The notes beneath the pieces were generated by a model that was not told the origin of the DNA, did no database searches, and saw only the letters and a list, made by a program, of their open reading frames with translations. A program made the position numbers and the translations under genes. Below are positions 23,453 through 34,223 of a DNA stretch of 64,000 nucleotides, in pieces (the first letter of the stretch is position 1; every line of letters begins with the position of its first letter). The DNA lies in contig NMRA01000902.1 in the NCBI GenBank assembly GCA_002633005.1, forward strand, positions 1 to 64,000, in the 5' to 3' direction. This stretch comes from Phoronis australis. Its lineage: Eukaryota > Animalia > Phoronida.

Positions 23453-25718
23453 CTTGTATAACATTGTTTAATATACAGTGACTGGTAGTTGCATTATTCC
23501 TTTCAATTTTGCTTTAAAAACTTGCGGTTATTAGCTTTTGGTAGATACTTTTTCGGAAAGTATGTACATTTTAAAAAGTGAAATGATGACAATAAGACTG
23601 GAATATGTGTTTTAGTGTTAGTTTAAGTTTAGATAATTTAAGATTACTTTAGACAACATTGGGAATATAAATTTAAGATTACTCTAGACAACATTGGGAA
23701 TACAAATTTATTATTTGCCACTTAAAAACCAAATTATGAGGTCACATTGATTAACTCTTCCTTATTTTGACTGCCTTTGTTACTGGTTAGGTGAGTATGC
23801 TTATTGTCAGGTCTGTATTTCAGTGTTTAGGTACCTAGTGACAATGATTGTGAAGCAAAAGAATAGGATTAGCTGTGAATAATGCAACATTTTGGTATCA
23901 TAAATGAGTTATATCTATTCACTGTTGTCTAAAAACAGTCTTTCATTCACTCGTCAAGTCATTTGAAGAATAAACCGGATACCAAATACTTTGAGCTGAC
24001 AATGTCATAACTGAAGACAGTGTATGCCACCCTGTATACACATGTAGTAGAGGGATGGAGTGTGAGACTGTACTAAGGGCCCAAGTCATACTGTTACACA
24101 TTGACCTGGAGAATCAAACCATCATCTTTGCCACTGGTTGTGTCCTGGTTCTGTTGAAAATTAGTCTGAAAATCTCCCAGCCAACTGGGATATCTTCTAT
24201 CACGCCACTCTCAACACACCGTGACTGGGCTTTCAGACCTGTATCTGGCCACTTGGGTGTCTTAGTGAATATGCATGCACTTTACCTTTCAACCTCAATT
24301 GAACATTTATATCAAACAAAATTTGATCAAGTTACCGTGGTTTTGCTGTGAATGTAGGTAATTGTGGTTTTGCTGTGAATGTAGGTAATTTGTTTCTTTT
24401 TGTTCAATTTATTTGAAAAGGCATGAACATGTGATTATTGATATTCCTATAAAGTTACTTTTTGCTTTAAGACATCAAATTTGGTTTGATATAAATGTCC
24501 CAGATAAAAAACACTCAGTTTTATAAATTATCACTTTCCTTTCATTTTATGCAACTTAATTTTTAGGACATTTTAAAAAGTTGTGTTTTCACAACAACTT
24601 CTGCAAAATTGGAACAATTTAGAAACAGTTCCTTGCAGTTTTTTGGAGAAAGTTTCATAAGTCTCGGATCAGCCCTTTCTGAGAAATGTCCCTATAACTT
24701 GGACATTTTACTTGGGTACTACATGATCTTAAAGGCCGCGTAAAATGAGCCAACTCCCTTTTAGATATTTTAAATACATGTACTTTTTTACAACATATCT
24801 TTGTTTCGTTTTATTCCACACAACTAATTAATTACTACACATTTTATGCCCTCCATATTATGTGCCCCCATCGGAAACCCTTTCATTTTCTTGATCTATC
24901 ACAGTCAACTGGTGTATTGTCATCATCTTTGTGACCAGCACATTACCGCCCTAATCACAGCATAAACAGCTGATCACTTGTAGTGTTAGGCAGACATTTT
25001 TTAAGAATTGTTTGCTCAAGGAACGTCACCAATTAGAAACATCGTCGACGTTAGGCATCAATGTTGATTGATAACGCGATTTCTAACCAAACCAATCGTG
25101 TCGGGTAAAGCAACCTTCGAACCTTCCGCACGTACTGAACAGCGGCGTAGATCTCTCTGACAGGGCGCTATCGATTCACTTACAGCGAACCACGTTTCGA
25201 AGTATTTGAATCCATGTAAAATGCAATACAACAGCTATGTTTTGTAGCGGGACGGACTCTCGCCCTTTAGCGCGAGTCATTGTGCATATTCCGATGTCAA
25301 TTGTGACGCCTACTTGAAGCTATTAATTGGCTAGTCATTGATAGGCAAATGTCCACGCGATTTCTCTGGAGACCTCGTGGTTTGAGAGTCTTGAATCGGA
25401 GTGTGTGGCTTTATCGTTGTTATTGGGACAAGCACAATATATAATTGAACTGCAGTCACTGGTCTTATTATTTATTTGTGAAATGCGAACTCGTGACATA
25501 CTAAATCTAATAACCGTAAACTTACCGAACTCCGTGGTGGGAAAAATTTATTTTTCACGTAAGATGTTCTGATTATCCACTAACAATATTCCCGACAATA
25601 AATCGGTCGGTCCCATTGTTTGCGCACACCTCTACATACCTCTACACACCTGAAAATTTAAACCCAACCTTGGCTGTTTGTTGATCACTGTTAATGAATG
25701 AGTTGTGGCACTGACTGG

Positions 25719-25777
25719 GTGACTTGAATTCTGGTGACTTGAATTCTGGTGACTTGAATTCTGGTGACTTGAATTCT
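25719..25777. repeat. 15-bp tandem repeat x4
   Basis: ggtgacttgaattct repeated four times. Confidence 0.9.
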
Positions 25778-26168
25778 TGAATTAATGATGATTAAGGATG
25801 ACATGAGGGTATACATAGAAACAATGGCGGAGGGAAAGTTGTTGAAATATTAATCGCCGTCAGAATGGCGTTATCAGCCTGGCATCACCATTGTATTTTA
25901 TTGCTTATGTTTATTGCTTCTTGGTGGTTTATGGTTATTGGTACTTAAGAACAAACTAGTTTACACAAGCCGTCTTGTATGTAATGAATTGACGTTCAGC
26001 TTACGTATACCGGATAGTATGGAAACAATAAAACCGTAGGGTGAGTTATCTAGTGTTCTCTCGTAGTCAGACACGGGATGTCAGACTCGGGACAGCAGTG
26101 GTTAGATTGTGCTCCGCAACATCACGTTGGGACAATATTCAGTGTCTCCTATAACTGGAAATATTAAC

Positions 26169-26828
26169 ATGGAGCTAATTAAAGCCGAATTATCAGGGAA
26201 AGGTGAACATGGATTCAGCATACGTCATCAGCCGCTGCCGCCTATCAAGAGCAGCATTGGAGGGGTACTACTCAAAACCAACCCTGCTTGCAAAGATCGA
26301 CTCAGCAAACGCTTACAAGTGCTCAACGCGCGTCAAAGTCGCAGGAAACACGCTTTAGAGTGGAAGCAGACGCAGTATTTTGTTAGACAAGTTTTTGACA
26401 GGAACGAGAATTTGTCGTTCAAGCAAACGGTCAGAGGTGATGAGGAGATGTCACCGGAGTCGAATAGTGATAAAATGAAAACAAGTCCGCAGAGGAAAGG
26501 AATCTTCGGCCTGACACAAACGGTACAATATGAAAACAACATCAACAATCCCACTCTGAAACGTTTACTTCCGCGAATTGCTCCTGGAAAGAATGTTGTG
26601 GGAGCGCCATGCAGTGACGAGTTGATTAACCGACTCATCACAACACTGCCGCCGACATTGCTGAAGAAAGCTAATGATGCTATCAACATCGTTGTGACCG
26701 ATGAAAAGATGAAGCTAATTGAAAAGAACAAAGCCAGAAGTCGGCGGCCAGCTGTGGAAGACATCCGCTTCAAACAACTTGAAAGTGTTCTTATAAAAAG
26801 TAACGTAAACAGAAAGCTTGAGTTTTAG
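26169..26828 (+). CDS. Uncharacterized basic 219-aa protein, single coding exon
   Basis: Uninterrupted ORF in otherwise stop-rich DNA. ATG is in a good context (AACATGG). Composition is non-repetitive and protein-like (MELIKAEL...PLPPIK...DRLSKRLQVL...AVEDIRFKQLESVL). No family recognised. Confidence 0.7.
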   Translation: MELIKAELSGKGEHGFSIRHQPLPPIKSSIGGVLLKTNPACKDRLSKRLQVLNARQSRRKHALEWKQTQYFVRQVFDRNENLSFKQTVRGDEEMSPESNSDKMKTSPQRKGIFGLTQTVQYENNINNPTLKRLLPRIAPGKNVVGAPCSDELINRLITTLPPTLLKKANDAINIVVTDEKMKLIEKNKARSRRPAVEDIRFKQLESVLIKSNVNRKLEF

Positions 26829-27660
26829 ATTTTTTATCTTCCATCAACGCTGAATTTAAGTTGTTGTTTGCTTCCGGAAAATCTTGGATAATCTTTCCTT
26901 TCTGCGCCACCATGCATAACAAGGCGGGTTTCTTTGATCCTCATATGTAACTTTTATAAGGGTTCGAGGAATCTCATCTCCTTCCGCCACGCAACACTGT
27001 ACAACAGCTGGACAGAATTTCCAGTTCCGTCTCGTCTTCCATAGTTTTTCCTTTTGGTTCAAAATAGAATTTTTTTTGTCGTGTTGTGATGTCAAGAAGA
27101 CATTACTAGGAAGGATCAAGTGGATAAATAACGATTTTGGATATTTTTCGAAACTCATTGTAGATTGAACTCCTTTTTAACTGAGAAAAATGCAGTCAGT
27201 TTCTTTGTTTGAATTGTAGCTAGGTTTGGTGAATACAAGATTGTATTGATAAAAGAAAAACAATGTAATGTGGTTCAGTTTGTTAACGATAATTAAGTAA
27301 AACTCCAGTGCTTGTTAGCATTGCGCTCACAACCAATTCAAAAAAAGGGTTGTGTTCTCTGCACTTGTGGATCTAAGATGACGTCAGAAGAGCCAACTTT
27401 AACCTTGGAAGAAAAATTGTTTGCGACGACCCTAAAAACGGCATGCCGGTGTTTTTCTTTTTTGGTCGTACCGGAGGGGCCGGGGGCGAACCCCTGCCCC
27501 TCTAAATCCGCCTATGCTCTGTCTCATTTATTCACAACAGAGTTTACGCCCGTAACGTTCACGTTTCAAATAAATCTGTATCGAATGCTACTATTGTCGA
27601 TATTTTGGCAACAATGATAAGCTTTTATAACGACCACATCTATATTTGTGACTTTGTAAC

Positions 27661-28128
27661 GGGGGAAGAGTTTTGTCACAGGGACGGGTATCTAGGGGCG
27701 CGTCGCGAATCTGATGGGTATTTTACTTTTTCGCCTGGTGTCGTCTCGGTCGTGTATTTTGGGGCTTTGCATAGGTAGGTCGTCTCGGGTCGGTGAGAAA
27801 GAACTGGTGCCGATCGCAGGGAGGAGACTGACGAAAGTGGTTTTGACTTGAGTTTGGGTTTCAAGGCTTCGCCTAAGGCCTGTCTATCAATTTTTCAGCT
27901 TCCCAGATATTGCGTTGGTCTGGGTTTCCATAATATGGGGATAACTCAGGGGATCGACTAAATGTTTGCCTTTTGCATGGAATTAAATCAGAAAAGACAC
28001 ATTTCCATAGGGATTTTTGTCGGAAAAGCACCCATTTGTAGGTAAACCGGTCGAAGAACGTAACCCATCTGCGCGACGCGTCCCGCAGGCTTATATACAT
28101 TATAAGTTCTATTGAAGTATTCCTCCCG
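27661..28128. mobile_element. MITE-like element with subterminal inverted repeats
   Basis: GGGGCGCGTCGCGAATCTGATGGGTA (27695-27720) is mirrored by TAACCCATCTGCGCGACGCGTCCC (28061-28084). G-rich left end and C-rich right end. No TSD established. Confidence 0.5.
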
Positions 28129-28185
28129 AGTGTATAATGGTCTTTGGTGCGAATTACAACATCTTTAAAGAATTAACAAGGAATA

Positions 28186-31100
28186 TTAGATGTTACAAGA
28201 CGTGGTTGCAGCGTGATCGCACGTGCAGACTATTGCGTTGAAGCGTAGTCCTTTGGCGCAAGGTTGAAGATAACCCCTGCTGAGGGCGTCTTGCGTGAAG
28301 AAGCGGCATCCCATGTTGGGCAACGTACAGTATCTGTTCCCACTTTGTTGACAGCAAGCACCGACAGGGCGATCTGAAATGCATTTAGAGACTCTGCTGT
28401 TGAATTTATAGACTCCTTTTAGTGATGTCAGTGAGACGTGTGAACTAAATACTTTCGCCGCATATTATGAAGAAAGATTTTAAACTTTAAAACGTCTATT
28501 TGTTACATTACAGTAGTTGAAAAATTGCCTGCTACTACATTTTGTATTTTCAGATGTTTCCGAACATTGTCAGTACATACAATAAATACTCAAACACCCC
28601 CAAACATTGTTCCTATAGCTTAATCAGTGACACGTTGCAGATAAGCGAACACTGAACTTACAGGATGGGTTAGAAATTTTGAACGAAGCCACAGTGTCCG
28701 AATCCACGTCAATCTGTCTAACCGTCAAGAACTTGTCATAGACCACTGCTAAAACTTTATCTTGTGTCCCAAACTGAAAAGAGAATGAAATTCTTACTGA
28801 ATTTAGTATTGGTTTTCACACAGCCTCGTTTTCACGGAGTACGAGCAGTATGGTAGATTGCGATCAAAGACTTTCTCTACGGTCTGTGTAGTGATGTTGC
28901 ACGCTGCGTCATGCACGTTTGGTATCCGGCTTTTAAACGACAGTGAGATCTAAATAATTTTGTCAATGATATGTGATCCGTGTTTCGTGAAGGTACTATG
29001 AATACTTTCATATCATGATGTTAAAAAGCTGTTCAAAACGCTTTTAATGCTTGGAAAATGGAGTGTCCATAAGACCCCGGGACACAACGGCGAAAACTGA
29101 GGAGAAAGGGAGTGTGGAAGTTTGTACAACCGGTGCGTGATAATCATAACGGTAATATTGGTGTAGGCGGACGACTGAATTTGGTGCAGACAATCGGGAT
29201 TGGTCTAAAGCTCTTACTCAAAACGGTCTGCTAATTTAGAAAATGAACACTATCTCTGGCCATTTGAACCACTGAAAGAGCCTCCAATAGTTTATACCAC
29301 AGTTTATGTGTTATGAATATCAGTGCTGACCGATTAAGGTTTGTCAGACCATAAGCTACAAATATAGTAAGTCTGAGGGCCTTTGTCGCCAATTTTCATC
29401 CCCTCCCTCCCGCGGTCGCAATTCCCTTAGTTGTTATAACTTCCGAGTTGTCACCACGCTTTCTAGAATGCTTGCCCCCAGTCGCCACCCTTTTGTTGCC
29501 CTGGCAATTTTTTTGCCCAAGTTTTACAAAAGTGACCGTTGTGGCTGCTAAGCGGTCCCCTAATTTGGGGTGTGGGCTAAATGGATAATCTGACATGCAC
29601 TGACCAATGTCCGGTGGCCGCCACGGAAAGTTTGCTTCTATGTACTTGTTCATCCACATAATTTTGTTCAATGAGCCCAACATTTCCATAAGTAGTCAGT
29701 CTAACTGTAGCAGAGTGTTAAATCTTACCTCAATGCGACCATTAGGCCCGGCCCATCTCACGTAAAAATGAAAGTATTTCGTAAAAGGACAGCCAATCAC
29801 TGGAAAGATTTTTTTCTTGAACGTATGGACTTTCTTATCAGGGTATCCAACACGTGTCGTAATGCGATTGATGTTGGCGTTTCTTCCAAATGCAAGTTCG
29901 ATGGTCAGTTCGGGAATCATTTTGCCCGGGTAGAGGTTGCCGGTCGGCTCTCCTTCCCAAACTGTACCGAGACGAATTGTATTCTTTTGGCAAGCCCTCG
30001 CCGCGAACGCCAAGTAGTTCACATTTCCAAAATAATAACTGGACTGAATGAAACCTGATCGATCAGTCACCCTAATTGTCTCGTGTCTTGGATCTGTAAC
30101 AGAATTGTTAGTCTGGTGGGCGTGTCTCAATAAACTCTGTCTATAAGAATCTTGAAAGGCTTTGTATAGTAATTGTTAATTGGCTGTGACTTGACTTTGA
30201 ATATTTATTTGGNAACGACAGTGAGATCTAAATAATTTTGGCAATGATATGTGATCCGTGTTTCGTGAAGGTACTATGAATACTTTCATATCATGATGTT
30301 AAAAAGCTGTTCAAAACGCTTTTAATGCTTGGAAAATGGAGTGTCCATAAGACCCCGGGACACAACGGTGTTAAATCTTACCTCAATGCGACCATTAGGC
30401 CCGGCCCATCTCACGTAAAAATGAAAGTATTTCGTAAAAGGACAGTCAATCACTGGAAAGATTTTTTTCTTGAACGTATGGACTTTCTTATCAGGGTATC
30501 CAACACGTGTCGTAATGCGATTGATGTTGGCGTTTCTTCCAAATGCAAGTTCGATGGTCAGTTCGGGAATCATTTTGCCCGGGTAGAGGTTGCCGGTCGG
30601 CTCTCCTTCCCAAACTGTACCGAGACGAATTGTATTCTTTTGGCAAGCCCTCGCCGCGAACGCCAAGTAGTTCACATTTCCAAAATAATAACTGGACTGA
30701 ATGAAACCTGATCGATCAGTCACCCTAATTGTCTCGTGTCTTGGATCTGTAACAGAATTGTTAGTCTGGTGGGCGTGTCTCAATAAACTCTGTCTATTAG
30801 AATCTTGAAAGGCTTTGTATAGTAATTGTTAATTGGCTGTGACTTGACTTTGAATATTTATTTGGCTCTAACACCTCAATCATGTTACGTATAAGTAATG
30901 TAAGCGAAGGAATCTTCCCAGGGGCGTAATTACAAGACCCGCAAATTAGAAATGAAAAAATGAAAACTTAGTTTTTAATGGTTAGTTAATTTTAAAAAAC
31001 TGTGAGAACGTAATAAGGGTTCCATTATTTGTCCACATATAACAACATGGAGTATGAAGTAGTGCAAGATGCTCATCTTGCTTTTCAAAACAGACACATG

Positions 31101-31999
31101 AAGCTCTACTGGTTTTGTTGCAGTTTCTGCTCTATCTTACAATCAATACGCAAACATGGCACTCGCAACATCAAGAACAGTAACATAGGCACAGTTGGAG
31201 CAGAACCGTAAAAACTAGCTGATGTCTCAATCGACGTGGCACGAATGTCGTTCAAAATCCCGTCTCAAAGGTTCAAAGAAATTACACAAACGATGTTCAA
31301 GGTAGACCCGGTGAGTCATTCAAAAGCCATTGTCACTCGTACGCGCGACTTGTTATGTGTACTTCCAACAGGACTGAAATAGTCTATGATTTGCGGCGCT
31401 TAAGTAGGTTGTTGGATATCAGAAGCTGTAGTTACATGTACGACTAAGTTATTGTTTAAAACCACTGGACTATTCATCAATTTACACGCAGTAGTTTCAG
31501 GGGATGGAAATTCTTGGATTTGTGGAACTGGAGGGATTGTCTAAGTTAATAAAAATGGAAATTTGTCGGTTATTCGTCATTGCCAGCCAGTTACGTTACC
31601 AGGAACTAAGAATACGATTTTAAAACTGTACGTTCAGCTCTGCAAAAAGGAATCATTTTGAAAAGAAACAATTGAGACAAAACTGATCTCCGGTAAAAGT
31701 TAAACAAGTTCACGAAATTAGGAAGTAAAATGATGCGGGAGGATTACAGTATGGAATTTTGGCCACTCAACCCTATTCTCCAATTGCAATAGGTTCTTGG
31801 TTTGCTAGACAGGCCGTTATGAACCTTGACACTGTCCAAGTGTGCGTTACAATCTTCTGAATATGGACCAGAGGACTTAAACTTCTCGGGTAGCCAGTAG
31901 TTAAATAAAACACCGCTACAGCTGTAAAAGCAGTCAAATCTTACCTACACTGACAGCAAGCGCAAATGCTAACGACACAAACAAACCAAAGCCCAACAT
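28186..31999 (-). CDS. Secreted protein A (~258 aa): signal peptide + putative Methyltransf_FA-like domain + chitin-binding type-2 (CBM14)-like domain
   Basis: Exons: 31999-31945 (MLGFGLFVSLAFALAVSV), 30150-29729 (duplicated at 30803-30382 across N 30213), 28773-28662 (FGTQDKVLAVVYDKF...) and 28373-28186 (YRPVGACCQQSGNRYCTLPNMGCRFFTQDALSRGYLQPCAKGLRFNAIVCTCDHAATTSCNI*). Phases 1/0/1 are consistent, and the last two exons have the same lengths (112, 188 nt) as in the paralog. The exon 2 acceptor (TTTCAAG) is less certain. Confidence 0.8.
28936..30865. repeat. Gap-flanking duplicate around N 30213 (28936-30212 vs 30214-30865), differing by a 625-bp indel
   Basis: The second copy joins gacacaacgg directly to tgttaaatcttacc. 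The first copy has 29091-29715 in between. Confidence 0.85.
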
Positions 32000-33590
32000 G
32001 TTGTCCGGTCAAATCACAACTCATCTTGTTGTCGCATCCTTTTATGTGTACTGGCGAAACTTGGTCAAGTGACTTAATGGGGACCAATGACTGTTTAATG
32101 TTCATTAAAAGTCGTTTTCAGTAACTTATGCACCATAATCACCAGACTATAACTGTGTACCTGCGACGTGTTAACGAAATTCGCGTTTTCTAATATTTTG
32201 TTGCTTTATTGGGCTTCAGTGACCACTGTCCGAGCTACGCGATCGTGCTTATCCTTGTATAAACAGAGCAGTCTCTGATATCAGGAACGCAGAAGACACT
32301 TCAGTGTCATTCTCGATGTGGGTGGAGGGGTTGCAAGGGGATCATACGTCCCTTGCAAAAATGCTATCGTTCGGTAAGATGTCACTCAATACGCACGAGA
32401 GCTGTGCATGCCAACTTTGCCCGTTCAACACTTGCGGCTAGGGCAGTGTTGTGTGTTTATGCAACATATGTACGGCGTCAGGGTTGCAATAGAAACTGGA
32501 GGAAACAACTTGGAAAAGTTTTAATTTGAAATCTTTGAATACTACTTCTCAACTAGTGGAGGCATATTTTCATTTTAAAACAGCTCTAAGAACAGGAGCA
32601 AATTTGAGAGAAGCAGAACAAACATTTAATTTCCCTTTGGTTATTGGCAAATATAAAGTAACTGACATCAGCCATGACCTGGACTCAACAGCCTGAAACG
32701 TTGACGTAAAATGACAGGTAAAATGTTTTTACTATTATTTCGATCATGAAAAATTTAAACATTTCCAGGAACCAGTACGTGGACTATGATTTTTTCCACG
32801 AAGAAATATTTGTGGTTTTCAAATATTTGAAAAGTTGAAGATAATCATAAATTCTGCTATGGCAACCACATTAAATTTAGCGTGAAAGAAATCCAGATAG
32901 ACTTATTTTCCATGGTCTGAGCAATTTTTCAGTGGTTATTTCAATTTATTGGGTATCTTATGATCCACGCACGTGGGTTTTAGTTTGCATAATTAGTGCA
33001 GTACAGCATTTATCATAAATCGCCACCAAGTTCACATACTGTAATTAATGTCAGCGAAGAGGTGGAGTAGTAAACAGGGACATATCGGTACTATGGACAA
33101 AAACACATTTTTAGGATTATTCTTGTATAGGATAGAGATTTTGAAGTTATTAGCTTTGATCAGAGCTATGAAAAACAAAATCAGTCGCGTTTTTTGCGAT
33201 TTTATTAAAAGCGGATAGAAACCTGTGTTCCGTCAAGAAGAGAACTTTTAATTTAGCCCCTTGCTTTCTCCAGACTTTTCTCGACTGCACTTATTGTATC
33301 CAAACGTCCAATAACACTGAGCGAAGTTTTACTATGTAGGCTGCAATTCTGACTATAGAAAATTGACTGAACTTGAGAACAATCCGTGGAAACAGTATTT
33401 TCCGACACGACTCCTGAAATCAGCCCGACATTTCTGAATCGAGGCCGATGTAACAACGCGTTTTCCTACCTCCAGAACAAAAGAAATTTCTATCCGAAAC
33501 TTTCCCATTAAAACAACATTTCCATGGTACTGTTGTATTTAGCATTTCATCAGTAATCATTATGTCTTTAAAGACCCTTAGCAACCGGTG

Positions 33591-33770
33591 TTACACATTG
33601 CAAACTGCTGTTGTGGCGTGGTCGCAGACTTTAACCTTTGGGTTAACTAACAGGTTCTTGCCGCAATAAAGAAAGTATCCTCTCATTGGAGAATCTTTTA
33701 TGAAGAAGACCAGGCAAAACCAAACCATTGTAACGCACGTGTTAGTGCTTCGTCGGTTAGCACGCGACCT
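33591..33770 (-). pseudogene. Diverged duplicate of the CBM14-like terminal exon of protein B
   Basis: Reads ...NTCVTMVWFCLVFFIKDSPMRGYFLYCGKNLLVNPKVKVCDHATTAVCNV*, compared with paralog ...RYCVVPGMGCRFFTQDALGRGYLHSCGKNLQYNPKVCVCDHATTTACNV*. The 3' flanks also align. The 5' end runs into a minisatellite. Confidence 0.75.
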
Positions 33771-34028
33771 TACTAACTCAACTAGACACGCGACTTGGCT
33801 CGGGGCTCGCGACCTTACTAGCTCAACTAGACACGCGACTTGGCTCGGAGCTCGCGACCTTACTAACTCAACTAGACACGCGACTTGGCTCGGAGCTCGC
33901 GACCTTACTAGCTCAACTAGGCACGCGACTTGGCTCGGAGCTCGACTTTACTAACTCAACTAGACACGCGACTTGGGTCGGAGCTCGCGAACTTACTAAC
34001 TCAACTAGACACACAACTTGGCTCGGGG
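33763..34028. repeat. 45-bp minisatellite (~6 copies)
   Basis: Unit cgcgaccttactaactcaactagacacgcgacttggctcggagct starts at 33763, 33808, 33853, 33898 and onward. Confidence 0.95.
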
Positions 34029-34223
34029 TTCCTAGGGAGTTTGTCTACGCACGTAATGCGGGTTTGTTATGAAGAAAGAAGCTCCCAGTTTATGGCCAAG
34101 TCACTAGGCCCTGGCCACCCTCACAGTTACCGTAGCAATATTGCCAATTAAGACAAGTTTTCCGTGGTACTGTTTTATTCAACAGTTCATCAGCAATGAT
34201 TGTGTTTTTGAAGAACCACACTG

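Noticed and set aside
26333-26773. 146-aa antisense ORF
   Set aside because: Shadow ORF on the strand opposite the 219-aa gene.
30322-30803. Apparent third copy of the large exon (domain duplication) in gene A
   Set aside because: Near-identical to 29729-30150 and starts right after N 30213. Treated as allelic overlap.
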